This document shows positions 35,816 to 47,189 of a stretch of DNA of 64,000 bases, one piece after another (the stretch's first letter is position 1; each line of letters begins with the position of its first letter). The translations under genes were made by a program, and so were the position numbers. The stretch is from contig MU057887.1 of NCBI GenBank assembly GCA_013265495.1, positions 879,985 to 943,984 of the forward strand, in the 5' to 3' direction. This DNA is from Vicugna vicugna (taxonomy: Eukaryota). The notes beneath the pieces are model-generated. The model made no database searches, had not been told where the DNA came from, and saw nothing but the letters and a program-made list of their open reading frames with translations.

Positions 35816-37039
35816 TGCCGGACTGGATTTTCTGTGTCACCTCGGGGAGTTACACACGCTGGGAGCTCTGCCTGCAGCTGCCTTTCTGTCTTCATCTGGT
35901 TAGTTCTGCCCCAGGTGAAGGAGCTGCTTCCAAATATATGCCCAACAAACTCACTGCGAGGACTTGCCCCCCTCCCCCGGCACCGCTTTTATTAAATATG
36001 TCAGGCTCAGTTCCAGAAGCAGAGACTTTTAGTTTGAATATACTCCGAAACGCACGAAGCAGCGGAGGAAATTCTAATATTTACTCTGTAACCATGGTTA
36101 GTCTTCCCTCCTCTTGAAAGAGAGGCTTTTTCCCGATCTTCATTTTCTTTGCTTGTGCGGTTTCTCTGGGAGCCCTGGCCCACACCTGGGCCCTCCGGGA
36201 ACGCCCCAGCTCCCTCCTCTTCCCACTCCCCGCTTCCCCACCCCGTTTACCTCTGCTTTTAATATCCTGGTTCATCTTTCTCCCAAGGTGGGGCTGGTGT
36301 CGCACTTTCCCCTCCCCGCCCCCGGGGCGGGGGGGGGCGTCTACCTGTGGACCACCTGTCCCCAGCCCACGGGGCACATCCCTGGGAAGAGAGGTGAGAA
36401 TCTGTAGAGTAAACAGGGGAAGGGCCAGAGCCCTCCTCGCACGTCCCAGGTGTCTGTCGGGCCCACTGCAGATTCGCTCTCACTGTTTAAACGTTCTGCA
36501 TCGTAATTACAGACTGTTCTTACTGACATCTGGTAAAGGGAGGAAGGAGAGAAGTCCCTGTGCTGTTGTCACTGATTCTTTGCTCCTTTCCGTGCACGAC
36601 GAGGTCTAAAGACCTGCCAGTCAAGGCAAGAGGATTAGCCTCACCCATGCAAAGGGAAAATTGGGAAGGGAAAAAAAAAAAAAAAAAACCTTGTCTGAAC
36701 TTGAAAATAAAAATGCTGATGTGGTTTTTCTTCCAGAAACATATCTTACTGATTAAGAGCATGGAGAGCTCCTGGCTCGTGGGTGGGCCCGCCGTAGTCG
36801 GCCTCCTGGCTCTCCGAGGCCAGGCCCAGCTCACTGCCTGCAGAGGCTTGGAGGCAGGAGGCCGTGCAGATGCTCCCAGGGCACATCTTTGCGGATGCAC
36901 ACGGCTGTGTGTGTGTGTGCACGCGCATGTGTACACAAGCACTGGAGTGGATCCGCTAAGACAGGGATGTTCCTTTGCTCAGCTTGTCCACCTTCACGTC
37001 AGGAGGACAGAAAGGCAGTGGGTCACCCTGGAAAGAGGG

Positions 37040-37230
37040 TGGACTTGGAGTCAGGTAGGGCTGGTCTGACCCAGGGCTGCCGCCCGTTAGCCGAATGACC
37101 CTAGGCAAGTGACAATCTCCTTGTGCCTGAGTTTCTCCATCTTTGAAACAGAAATGGGGCACCTACTGGCTAAGGTGGGTGATATAACGCAAGTGTCGTC
37201 ATTGGCAGGTGCCCACGCTGAGTAGAACCC
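37040..37230 (+). mobile_element. MIR SINE
   Basis: 'ggacttggagtcagg...tgaccctaggcaagtgacaatctccttgtgcctgagtttctccatctttgaaacag'. Confidence 0.8.
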
Positions 37231-38704
37231 CCACAGGTGGTCACCATCCCTGTGCCAAGAGGGTGACACGTGGCTGACTGCAACTCTGCCCCCACACCCT
37301 CCCACCCTGGGCTGTCTGAGGCCACTGCCTCTTCCAGACAGCCTTCCTCTTTCAGTGTTCTCTGCCTTGGCCCCAGTGGGCCTCACTGTCCATGGCTGTG
37401 AAATGGGGCCGACACCTTGCACACATCGACCACACAGGGCCTGTGGCTTGGCATGACGGTGGAGGCTGCTGCCAGGAAGGCCATCTGTGCCAAGGGCTTG
37501 ATGCCCCCGGCCAGGCTCAGCTGGCCTTTTCTCCAGTTTCACTGGGTTGGGTTACAGAGCGATGGTGGCCGTTGATAAAGCAGTAATTGGGGTGACTTGG
37601 GTATTTTCCGAGGTGCTGCCGATGACTCACGCTCAGTAAGTCAACATTCCACTGTCATGGGCCGGGAGACAGTTGCACAGCCTACTCAGGGATTCAGGTT
37701 TCACAACTCCGGTGTCTGGATGTGCGGTCCCTGAGTCACCCAGAGATTCCACACCTCAGGAGGTGTTTACGTGGGGCTTTGTTCCCAGTCCTACACGGAT
37801 AGGGTGTGCTCCGAGGCGTTTAGCTGGCACTTAGAGGGTTTCCAGCTGCAATCTGTTCCTAGCAATTAATATCCTGTAAATAATAAATCCACTCAGGAGC
37901 CAAGCTGCTGAGGCCGTCAGCACCTCCTCGCACTCACCTCTCCCTCCCCGGAGCGCTCCATCCTTCCAGCTGCTTTCCTCCCCCTCCCCCAGCCTCACCT
38001 TCTGTTTTCTTCTGCTTCTTCCCAGGGGTCCCTGCCCCTCTCCCCCCTCCCTTCTCCCAGCTGGCCCTGGGCCTCTGGGGGGCACGTGGAACTGAGCACA
38101 CTCACTTCTTGCCCTCTGCCAGGGCGCAGGGCCCCGTTGGGAGTTGGACCGTGGAGGGGACCAGCCACCACCCAGAGAAAGGGTAGAGGTCCTGGGGGAG
38201 CCGGAGACATGGCGAGGACATGGACGTGCCACAGTGGTCCTGGGCCACCCATGGCTCTCTTCAGACTTGTCAGGGGCTGAGCTCCCAGGAACACGACGTT
38301 TGGCCTGGAAAGGTGTGAGCGCTGCACCCTCCCGGTGGAATCCTTGCTCCTCCAACTTCCAGCGCAGCAGTGGTGCCTTGAGGCAGGAGGGGCAGAGCCA
38401 AAGGACGAGGGAGCCCTGTGTGTGCTCGCAGTGGGGGATCTCTCCTCCTGTGAACACGTGCCGTCAGCCGGTCCAGGGTGTGAGTTCTAACCACGGTCAG
38501 CGGTGGTCACACGCTGCCTCGCACGCACAGACCAGGTCCCTGTCCTGCAGCTGATGCCTGGGGGGCGGGGCTGGCTGTAAAGCCCACTACAAATCAAGAT
38601 TACAAGATTACCGATGGTGCCAGGGCCAAGAAGGAAACAAGCAGGTGGGTGGGAGGGGGGACAGGGACCCCGTTTCAGTAACAGGGAGCATGTGCACCCC
38701 TACA

Positions 38705-38935
38705 GCAGAGTGGAGGGATTGGAACCCCAGCTCTGGGAGCAAATCCTCCTTGATTTGAACCTCAGCCCTTTCCTTCCTAGCTGTGTGGCCTTGGGCAAGT
38801 TGCTTGACCTCTCGGGACTTCAGTTTCCTTCCCTGTAAAACGGAGGTGATCGCAGTACGGACCTCACGGGGCTGCTGTGGACGCTCCGTCAGACAACATG
38901 CACAGAGCAGCTCAGGGCCGCGCTGGGCCCTGGAT
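38705..38935 (+). mobile_element. MIR SINE abutting the CpG island
   Basis: 'ctagctgtgtggccttgggcaagttgcttgacctctcgggacttcagtttccttccctgtaaaacggaggtgat'. Confidence 0.85.
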
Positions 38936-38939
38936 GCTT

Positions 38940-39720
38940 TAAATCCGGAGCCAGGGACCCCGGAATGGAGAAAAACGGGAGCTTTCGGAGTAGAATCCAA
39001 TCCCGGCAGGTGGAAGGATTCCAGAAAGAGCCGGCTTCCGCGCCGCGGGGAGTGCGCGGGGCGTGCGCGGGGCGACAGGCGATGCTGCACTGCCCTCTGG
39101 GGGAGCCGCGCAGGAAGGGAGCCGGCCGCCCGCCCGCCGGGCACCCGGACCACTGCTCGGCGGCAGCGCTGACGCTCCTCCAGGGCTTGTGACGCCCGCG
39201 CAGCGCCCGGGGACCGGCCCTTCCCGCCGCACTCACCCCTCGGCAGTGTCTGGGGTCGGCTTCCGTTCTACAGACGAGGCGACTGAGGCACAGACAGGGG
39301 CTCCAGGGGGCTCCAGGGGCTCCGCTCGGCCTTTGCCGTCCGCGGGCCGCCTGGGGCGTGTCCCTGCCCAGCGGGGCCCTGGTCCCCCGGCCCCGAAGCC
39401 CACGCCTCCCGCCTCCTCCCCGCGGCCCCAGCTCCCCCAGAACCGCGGCCGCACTTCCGCAGCCTCGCCTCCGAGAGCCCTTCCCCTTCGTCACCTCCCC
39501 CACGCCCTCACCCCGGCGCCTCTCCCAGAGGGAGTTCTTTGCTGGCATAACCCCAGCCCGGCGAGTCCAGCCTCCTGCCCTCTCCGTGGCAGCAGCTTCC
39601 CTTCGCTGGTAGCCCAGGCGCCACCGGGCCCCTGCCGCCTTAGTGTCTCTGCCCCGCTGCCGCCACCTGCACCCTTCTCGTCCCGGACGCTACCCCGAGC
39701 TCCCTCCTCTGTCAGCTCGG
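38940..39720. promoter_or_regulatory. Intergenic CpG island
   Basis: Very GC-rich with dense CpGs ('ccgcgccgcggggagtgcgcggggcgtgcgcggggcgacaggcg', 'gccggccgcccgcccgccggg') and several GC-box-like motifs. No coding exon recognised. Confidence 0.75.
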
Positions 39721-40149
39721 GGTCTCCCTTCCCAGCTCTGAAACAGCAGCAACCAGAAACCCCCTGCCAAGGCCACGGAAGGCCTTCACAGAAGTCCCCC
39801 TCCGTGGTGGGCTTCTCTCTCCTCCTCGGAGGCGGCCGGGGTTCCCAGACCTGCCCCTCCCTCCCCACCCTCTGGCCACCCCCCTTGCTGGCTCTTCCTC
39901 TCCCAGTCCAGAAACCCTGGACGTCTCCAGGGCGGAGCTAGTGGAGTTTCTCTCTCCTGCATCTACTCACTCCTTGGAAATCCACCCAGTTTCAGGGCTT
40001 TGAATGCCAGTACTACCCTGACAACCCCCAAACACGCCCGGCCCAGACCGCCAGCCCCGGGCCCTGCACCCCGCTGCCTGCTGGGTGTCGCGCTCAGAGG
40101 GCAGGCAGGAGTCTCCCAGATGCACACACCCACGGCCGCCCTGACCTCC

Positions 40150-40840
40150 TGCCCCCAGATTTCCAAACGCAGGAAATGACAGCTTTATCCTCCCAGGGAC
40201 TCAGCTCAAAATCTCCAGAGTCATCCTTGGCTGCCTTTTTTCTCTCAAAACCCGCAATGAGTCTGTCAGCAAACCCTGTAGTTCTACCTTCCAGATGTGT
40301 CCCCAACCTGGCGACCTCTCACCACCTTCTAGTCTGAGCCACCACGAACCATCGTTCTCTGAGGGTGTCATAACTGCCTGCTCACATCATCCTTCTGTCC
40401 ACATTCCCCCAAGGTGTTCCTGTTGCTCAGAGCACAGCCAGCACCAGGGTTGGCAGGGCTGCTCTCCTCTGGCTTCCCTTCCTGAAGCTCTCCTGCAGCC
40501 CCACAGGCTCCTCAAGCCAGCCAGGCTCTCTCCTGCCTCAGGGCCTTTGCACCTGACCTTCCCTTTGCCTAGGCAGTCCTCCTCCAGCTGTCTCCCTAGC
40601 TTACCCCCTCACCCTCTCCTAGTCTATGCTAAAGTGTCACCTTCTCGGCCTCTTCTCCACGCAGCCCTGCTCATTCCCTGCTTTGTGTTTGTCTCAGCTT
40701 ACAGCCATCTAGCCAGCCCAGTGTGGATTTTATGTATTGTCAGATTCACGAGAGCAAGGATTTCTCCCTCTCTGCTCACCGCTCCAAACCCTGTGCCCAG
40801 AACCGCACTGGCACATGGCAGGTGCCCAATGAATGTCCAT
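40150..40840 (+). mobile_element. L2 3' fragment
   Basis: 'cagcaaaccctgtagttctaccttccaga', 'cctgcctcagggcctttgcacctg', and end 'ctggcacatggcaggtgcccaatgaatgtccattga'. Confidence 0.8.
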
Positions 40841-42219
40841 TGAGGGAAACGCACAAGGAAGGCCCTTTGCCCCTTGCTCAGAGCCAGGAGTCCCAGCAGG
40901 AAGGTGTGGGGGCAAGTTCTCTCAGCTCCCAGGGAAGCCCTGGCCCCCACCCTTCAGCCTTCAAGAGGCTTCAGGTCAGGTTGAGTGATCTAGATTCACA
41001 CTCGGCGTTTCACCCAGGACCAGAGCAGGTGGTCCTGACCCTAGCGCCCTGGACGCTCAGTGGGTCAGCATCAAAGCCAGATTAGCTCCCAGCTTAACCC
41101 CGGCTGCCACATTCTTCTGACAGATGCAGGCTGGGGAGATTCAGCGGCCACAGTCTCAGGCTTAGACTCAGACCTCTGGGAGTCCCTACTACCACACGCA
41201 TGCGTGCACACACATGCCTGCACACATGTGCATGCGCGTGCACTTGTTGGCACTGCCACTGGTTAGGGAGCCAGGAGTCCTCAACTTGGCTAACAACTCA
41301 TCGTGGCCCTGGTGTCAGACTGGACCCCAGAGAACCAGCACTGGTAGGCCCTCCCTGTCCAGACTGTCTTGTCCAGCATCTGACATCACAGGCAGGGACC
41401 CTGCCCAGAGGGAGGATGTGGTTCGCATCACCTTTTACTCCTGATTCCGAGGGCAGCGTTGCTCTGCCGTGCCACGTTTGGACTTGGTGAGGGAGAGCCC
41501 CACTTCCTGGGACAAGCACCAGCCTCAGGAGCTACCTCCCCCGAGAGGGCATGGAGAGAAGTGACCCCACTGGTCGCTGTGTGGCTCAGACAAGATAAGC
41601 AGTGGGACATGCCCAAAGCACAGTGGCTCTTGAGAACCGGGGTGGTGACGGCTGTGGCCGCTGTCCCCGTGACTCGAGGCTCAGCTCGATGCTCCCTGAA
41701 CTGCAATGAGCCGCTCGACGGGCTGCTATTTTATTTTGCCCCCACCTGGTAGGCTGGATCTCACCTTCCTCCTGACCTCTCCCACCCTGGTTCTTTTTTG
41801 CTATGTCGTCATCAATCAAGTCTGTTTCTCCAACTCAGAGGAAAACTGCTCTCCGATCCCCAAGCGGAACCAGAACTTGCGGTTCTCGGATCTCTTGGTG
41901 AACACCATTTTTTGTCTGCAAAAACAAAGGCCCTGAGCATCCTTACCAGGAGGCTGTTTCTGGCTGGCTTGCCTCGGTCTAGGTCAGGGGTCCTTGCCTG
42001 ACCAGCCCAGGGACCCAGCAACCTGTGTCAAATCGCAGTTCTGTCTTTTTCTGCTGAAAGCTCTGTCTCTAAGTTTTCCCTCTCCTCTTTCCTGACCCCC
42101 TAAACCTGCTGTCCTTTGGGAGGCATGGGGAGGACTCGTAGTCAGGAGAGGACTGGCATTTTGTCCAGCTTTGCGTGGGGTCACACACCCAGCAAGGAGG
42201 AGGTGGCCAATGCTTGGTT

Positions 42220-45200
42220 TAAAAAGAGCGAGTGCCTCTGCCTCCGGCCAAGATGAAGTAACAGGCTATTTTTACCACCACGTGAAACAACCAAAAGAAC
42301 CAGACAGACTGTATTAAATAGCAGTTTCAAGACACTCAACATCAGGCAATGAAATGAAATGATCCCTGAGACAAAAAAAAAAACCAAAAAACAACAACAG
42401 TGTTGCCAGCTCTCTGCCTTGAGAGCTCCCGGGGCACAACACAGGGAAGGGTGCCCAGGCAGAGCCCGGGAGACTCCCTGAGTGGCAAGGGTGGAGCCGA
42501 GGGTCCAGGAAGGCCAAGGTGGCTGGAGTGGTCAGGACTCAGCATCAGAGAAGAGGGAGCTACCTAGAGAGAGCCCGGAGATGTGCATCGGGCTCCCCAT
42601 TGGGCCCCCTCAGCTGTTCCCAGAGGGCTGAGCACCACGTGTGTGCGCGAGAATCACCCTAAGGGATTAAAGGAAACTGCCCGCTGCTCTCACGGGGCTG
42701 GGAACAATGCCTCTTTCCAGCAGCCAGACTGGAAAAATTCATGATTCTGGTGAGGGAGACATTTGGGGGAAGAGGGTGGTGTATTCAGATGATCTTGCCT
42801 CAGAAGTGGAGAATGATTAACCCTGGACGGAGTACTTACCCAGAGCCACCTAATGTATCATGAAAACAAGACCCAAAAGCATCAAACTGGTTCCAAGTAG
42901 CCTAGCTGCGTCCCAGATCACAGTTCAAGGAAATTTATTGGGATACAATAATATCTAGTGCCCCAAAAGGTAAATTTTGGAGGGATGGAAATGTTTTGAA
43001 ACTCAGTAGAGATGACAGTTAAACAGCATTATGAATGTACTGAATGCCACTGAATTGCTCACTTTAAAATGGTTAATTTTGTTATGTGAATTTCACCTCA
43101 ATTTTTTAAAGATTAAATTAATTGTAAAGATTAATTAATTAAATTAAAATAATCGACGGTTCAAAATATTTATAAGCAAAACAGATGGCAGTAGCATAGA
43201 GGTCAGGAGGGGGAAGATGGAAGTGCACAGTCTTATCATTGTACTGCACCAGCTGGAGTGGCGTCATGTCACCTGTAGGTGGGCTCTGATAAGTTAAAGA
43301 TTATACTGTAAGCCCTAAAGCGACCACTGAAATAACTCAACAAAGAGACACAACTAAAGAGATAAAATGGAATAATAAAAGGTAATCCAAAAGAAGGCAG
43401 TAAAAGAAGGGGGAAAAAGAACAGATAGGACCAAAAAACAGAAAACAAAGAGACCTAATGTATTAATAATCACATTAAATATAACTAGCCTAAACACCCC
43501 AATTAAAGGTCAGAGATTATCAGACTAGATTAAAAAGTCAAGGTCCAACTATGTACTGCCTGCAAGAAATGCACCCTACATGTAGAGACACAAATAGGTC
43601 AAAAGTAAAGAGATAGAAAAAGATACACCATGATAATCGTGGCCGAAAGAAAGCTGGAGTAGCTACACAGTCAAAGTAAATTTCAAAGGAAAGAGTATTA
43701 CCGGGGGTAAAAAAAAGGCACTTCATCATGATAAAGATGGCAATTAATAAGAGGATGTAATGATCTTAAAGTTACCTAATAACAGAGCTTCAAAATATAC
43801 GAAGCAAAAAATGATAGAACTGAAGGAAGAAATAAGTCACAATTATGGAGGGAAATTTAAATATTGCTGTCTCAATATTAGTAGAACAAGTAGATGAAAT
43901 CAGTAAAGATGAGAAGATTTGAGCAACATTATTAGTCAACGTGACCCAAGTGAAAGGTATAGAGCACTCCACTCAACAAAGGCAGAATAAACATTCTTTT
44001 CAGGTTCACATGGAACATTTACCAAGATGGACTATATTCTGACTCATAACATATAAAAGGATTCAAGTTACACAAAGTGTGTTCTCTGATCATAATGGAA
44101 ATCAGTAATGTAAAGTTTTCTAGACAATCCTCAAATATTTGGAAACTAAACAATTTATACTCTATCAGTCAAAGAAGAAATCAAAAGTAAAATTAGAAAA
44201 CATTTTAAACTGAATGAAAATGAAAACAACATAGAATTTGTGAGATGTTGCTAAACAGAGATTAACTCAGCTTTAGACACTACATGCCTATATTAGCAAG
44301 AAGAATGATTTCAAATCAATTTCCTCAGTTCCACCTTAAAAACTAGAAGAAGAGCAAATTAAATCCAAAGTAAGCAAAAGAAGGGAAACAATACATAGCA
44401 AAGTGAAAAATCAATGAAATAGGAAAGAGAAAAACAATAGAGGAGCAAAAATAAAACCAAAGATAAATAAAAGTGATAGAACTCTACCCAGACTAGTTAG
44501 GGAAAGAAAGAGAGAAGACGCTACTTACCAAAATCAGAAGCGAGAAAGATGCCTTGCAAACAGACTCTGCAAACATTAAGAGGATACTAAGGAATATTAT
44601 GAACAACTTTAAGCCTATCAACTCAAAAACTTAGATTAAACTATCAAATTATTTGAAAAACACAAACTTCCAAAGCTCACTCAAGAAGAAATAGATAACC
44701 TGAGTATCCTTTACTCTTTTAAAGAGATTGAAATTATACAAAGAAAACTCCAGGTCGAGGTGTCTTCACTAGTGAATTCTATGAAACACTTAAGGAATTC
44801 CACAGAAACTTTCAAAACATTAAAGAAGGTGATATATTTCTCAGTTTATTCCATGATACGAAAATCAGGCAAAGAAGTGACAAAACAACTACAGAACAGG
44901 ATCTCTCATGAACATAGATCAAGAATTCTAAGTTCTTTAACAGGTTGAAGATATATAAACAATATATAAAAAGGATAATACATCCTGACCAATGTGAGGG
45001 TTGAACCAAGTGAGGTCCATCTAAGGAGTGCAAGGTTGGTTTAATACCAGAACATTAATCAATGTAATTCACTATATTAACAAACTAAAAAAAAATATGA
45101 TCATCTCAATAGATGCAGAAAATGCATTGGACAAAATCTACATCCATTCTTGGTAAAAACTCTTAGCAAACTAGAAGTCGAAGGAACTTTCTCAACCTGA

Positions 45201-47189
45201 GAAAAGGCATCCACAAAACTCCACAGCTAACACCATATTAATGATGGAAGATCGCATGTTTTCCAGTTGAGTTTAACCAGTTTGCAGGAACAAGATCAAT
45301 ACACATAAATCAATTGTATTTCCATATACCAGCAACAAATAATCAGAAATTAAAACTTTACAATTTTATTTACTATAGTATCCAAAAAAATATGAAATCC
45401 TTAAGAATAAGTCTAACAAAAGATATAAAGAACCTGTACCCTGAAAACGACAAAACATTGTTGACAGAAATGAAAGAGCTGCATAAAAGGAGAGGTATAT
45501 GGTGTTCATGGGTTAGAAGACTCAACATTGTGAAGACATCATTTTTCCCCAAAATTGATCCATAGATTCAATACAATCCCAATCAGATTTCCAGCAGGCT
45601 TTTTTTGTGAAAAATGTGACTCCATCATTCATATGGAAATGTAGAGAACCTAGAAGAGCCAAAACAACTACAAAAACAAGAGCAAAACTGGAGGACTCAC
45701 AATGTATAATTTTAAGAATTATTAGAGAGCTGTTGTAATCAAGAGAGTGTGGCACTGATGTGAAGACAAGATAAACCGATCAATGGAACAAGATGGAGAG
45801 GCCAGATGTAGACCCACACATATGTGGGTAAGTGATTTTTGACAAAGTACAAAGGCAAGTCAGTGGAGAAATACGGTATATTATATGATATAAGAAATAT
45901 GATAGGTCTTTTTAACAAGTGGTGTTGGAACATTTGAATATTTGTTTGCAAAAAATAAAACCAAAAAAACTGCGGGGCAACCCATCCTGGCCCTGCAGAC
46001 AAAAAGTAACTCAAAACGGACCATAGACTTCAGTGGAAAGCCTAACATTATAAAACTTTAAAAGAAGACCTTTGTGATCTTGGCTTAGAGATTTCTTAGC
46101 TATGGCACCAAAAGCATGATTCATTAAGAGACAAATTGGTAAGTCTGACTTTACAAAAATTAAGATTTTTTTTTTTTGCTTTTGAAAAACCTTGTTATGA
46201 GGAATAAAAAGACAAGCCACAGACAGAGAGAAGATCATTTTAAAGCACATATCTGCTAAAGGACTTGTATCCGGAATATACAAAGACTTCTCAAAACCCA
46301 ATAATAATACAAACGACCCAATTTTTAAGTGGGCAGAAGACTTGAGCCGCATCTCACCAAAGAAGATACACGAAGAACAGATAAACACACGGAAAGATGC
46401 TCAGATCGTTATTCATTAGGGAAATAAACAACGCGAGATCCCAGTGAGATACCCTGTACCTCTGTTGGAGTGGCAGCAGCTGGGAAAACCGACACTAGCA
46501 AGTACTGTCAAGGATGTGGAGGACCTGGAACTCTCGCCCACTGCTGGCAGCGACGGAGGTAAGCTGGCACAAGCACTGTGGGAAACAGTTTGGCAGTTTC
46601 TTAAAATGTTAAGCACACACCTACCACAGGATGCAGTCATCTCACCCTTGTGTTCACCCAAAGGGAATGAAAACACACCTCTACGCAGAGGCCTGGAGAT
46701 GAGCTGTGAATACAGCAGCTTTATCTGTCACCCCAAACCGGACAGGACCTAGATGTCCATCAGCCCGTGAATGGAAAAACAAACTATGGTGTAGACACTG
46801 AGCAATAAAAGGAATGTGCTGTCGACTTGCGCCACAACATAGGTGAATCTTGGTATCATTGGACTGAGCATGCGAACGCAGGCAAAAGGAGAACACACTG
46901 TATGATCCCATTTATCTAAAATCCTAGGAAATACAAACCAATTTAGAGTGGCAGAAAGGGGATCAGGGGTTGCCCGGGGACAGGGTGGGGGTGAGAGGAG
47001 CCGGAGGGAGGGACTGATTACAAAGAGACACCTCGGGGGATAATGGATTTGTTCGCTATGTTGACTTCGAGGTGGTAGTTTCAAGGATGCATACGTGTGT
47101 CAAAACTTATCAAACTGGACACTTTAAACACATGCAGTCAGTTGTCCAACAATTATACCTCAACAAAGCTGCTCTTTAAAAAAAAAAAA
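42220..47189 (+). mobile_element. Old near-full-length L1 (L1MC/MD-like) with deletions and a nested L1MB-type 3' piece (~42977-43110)
   Basis: 5'UTR-like start. Endonuclease-region relic 'taatcacattaaatataactagcctaaacaccccaattaaaggtcagagattatcagactagat'. RT-region relic 'atgatcatctcaatagatgcagaaaatgcattggacaaaat'. 3' end 'caattatacctcaacaaagctg' plus A tail. Frames broken. Confidence 0.9.

Noticed and set aside
38889..39941. 219-aa and 292-aa ORFs over the CpG island
   Set aside because: Low-complexity translations of GC-rich DNA on both strands with no homology I recognise.
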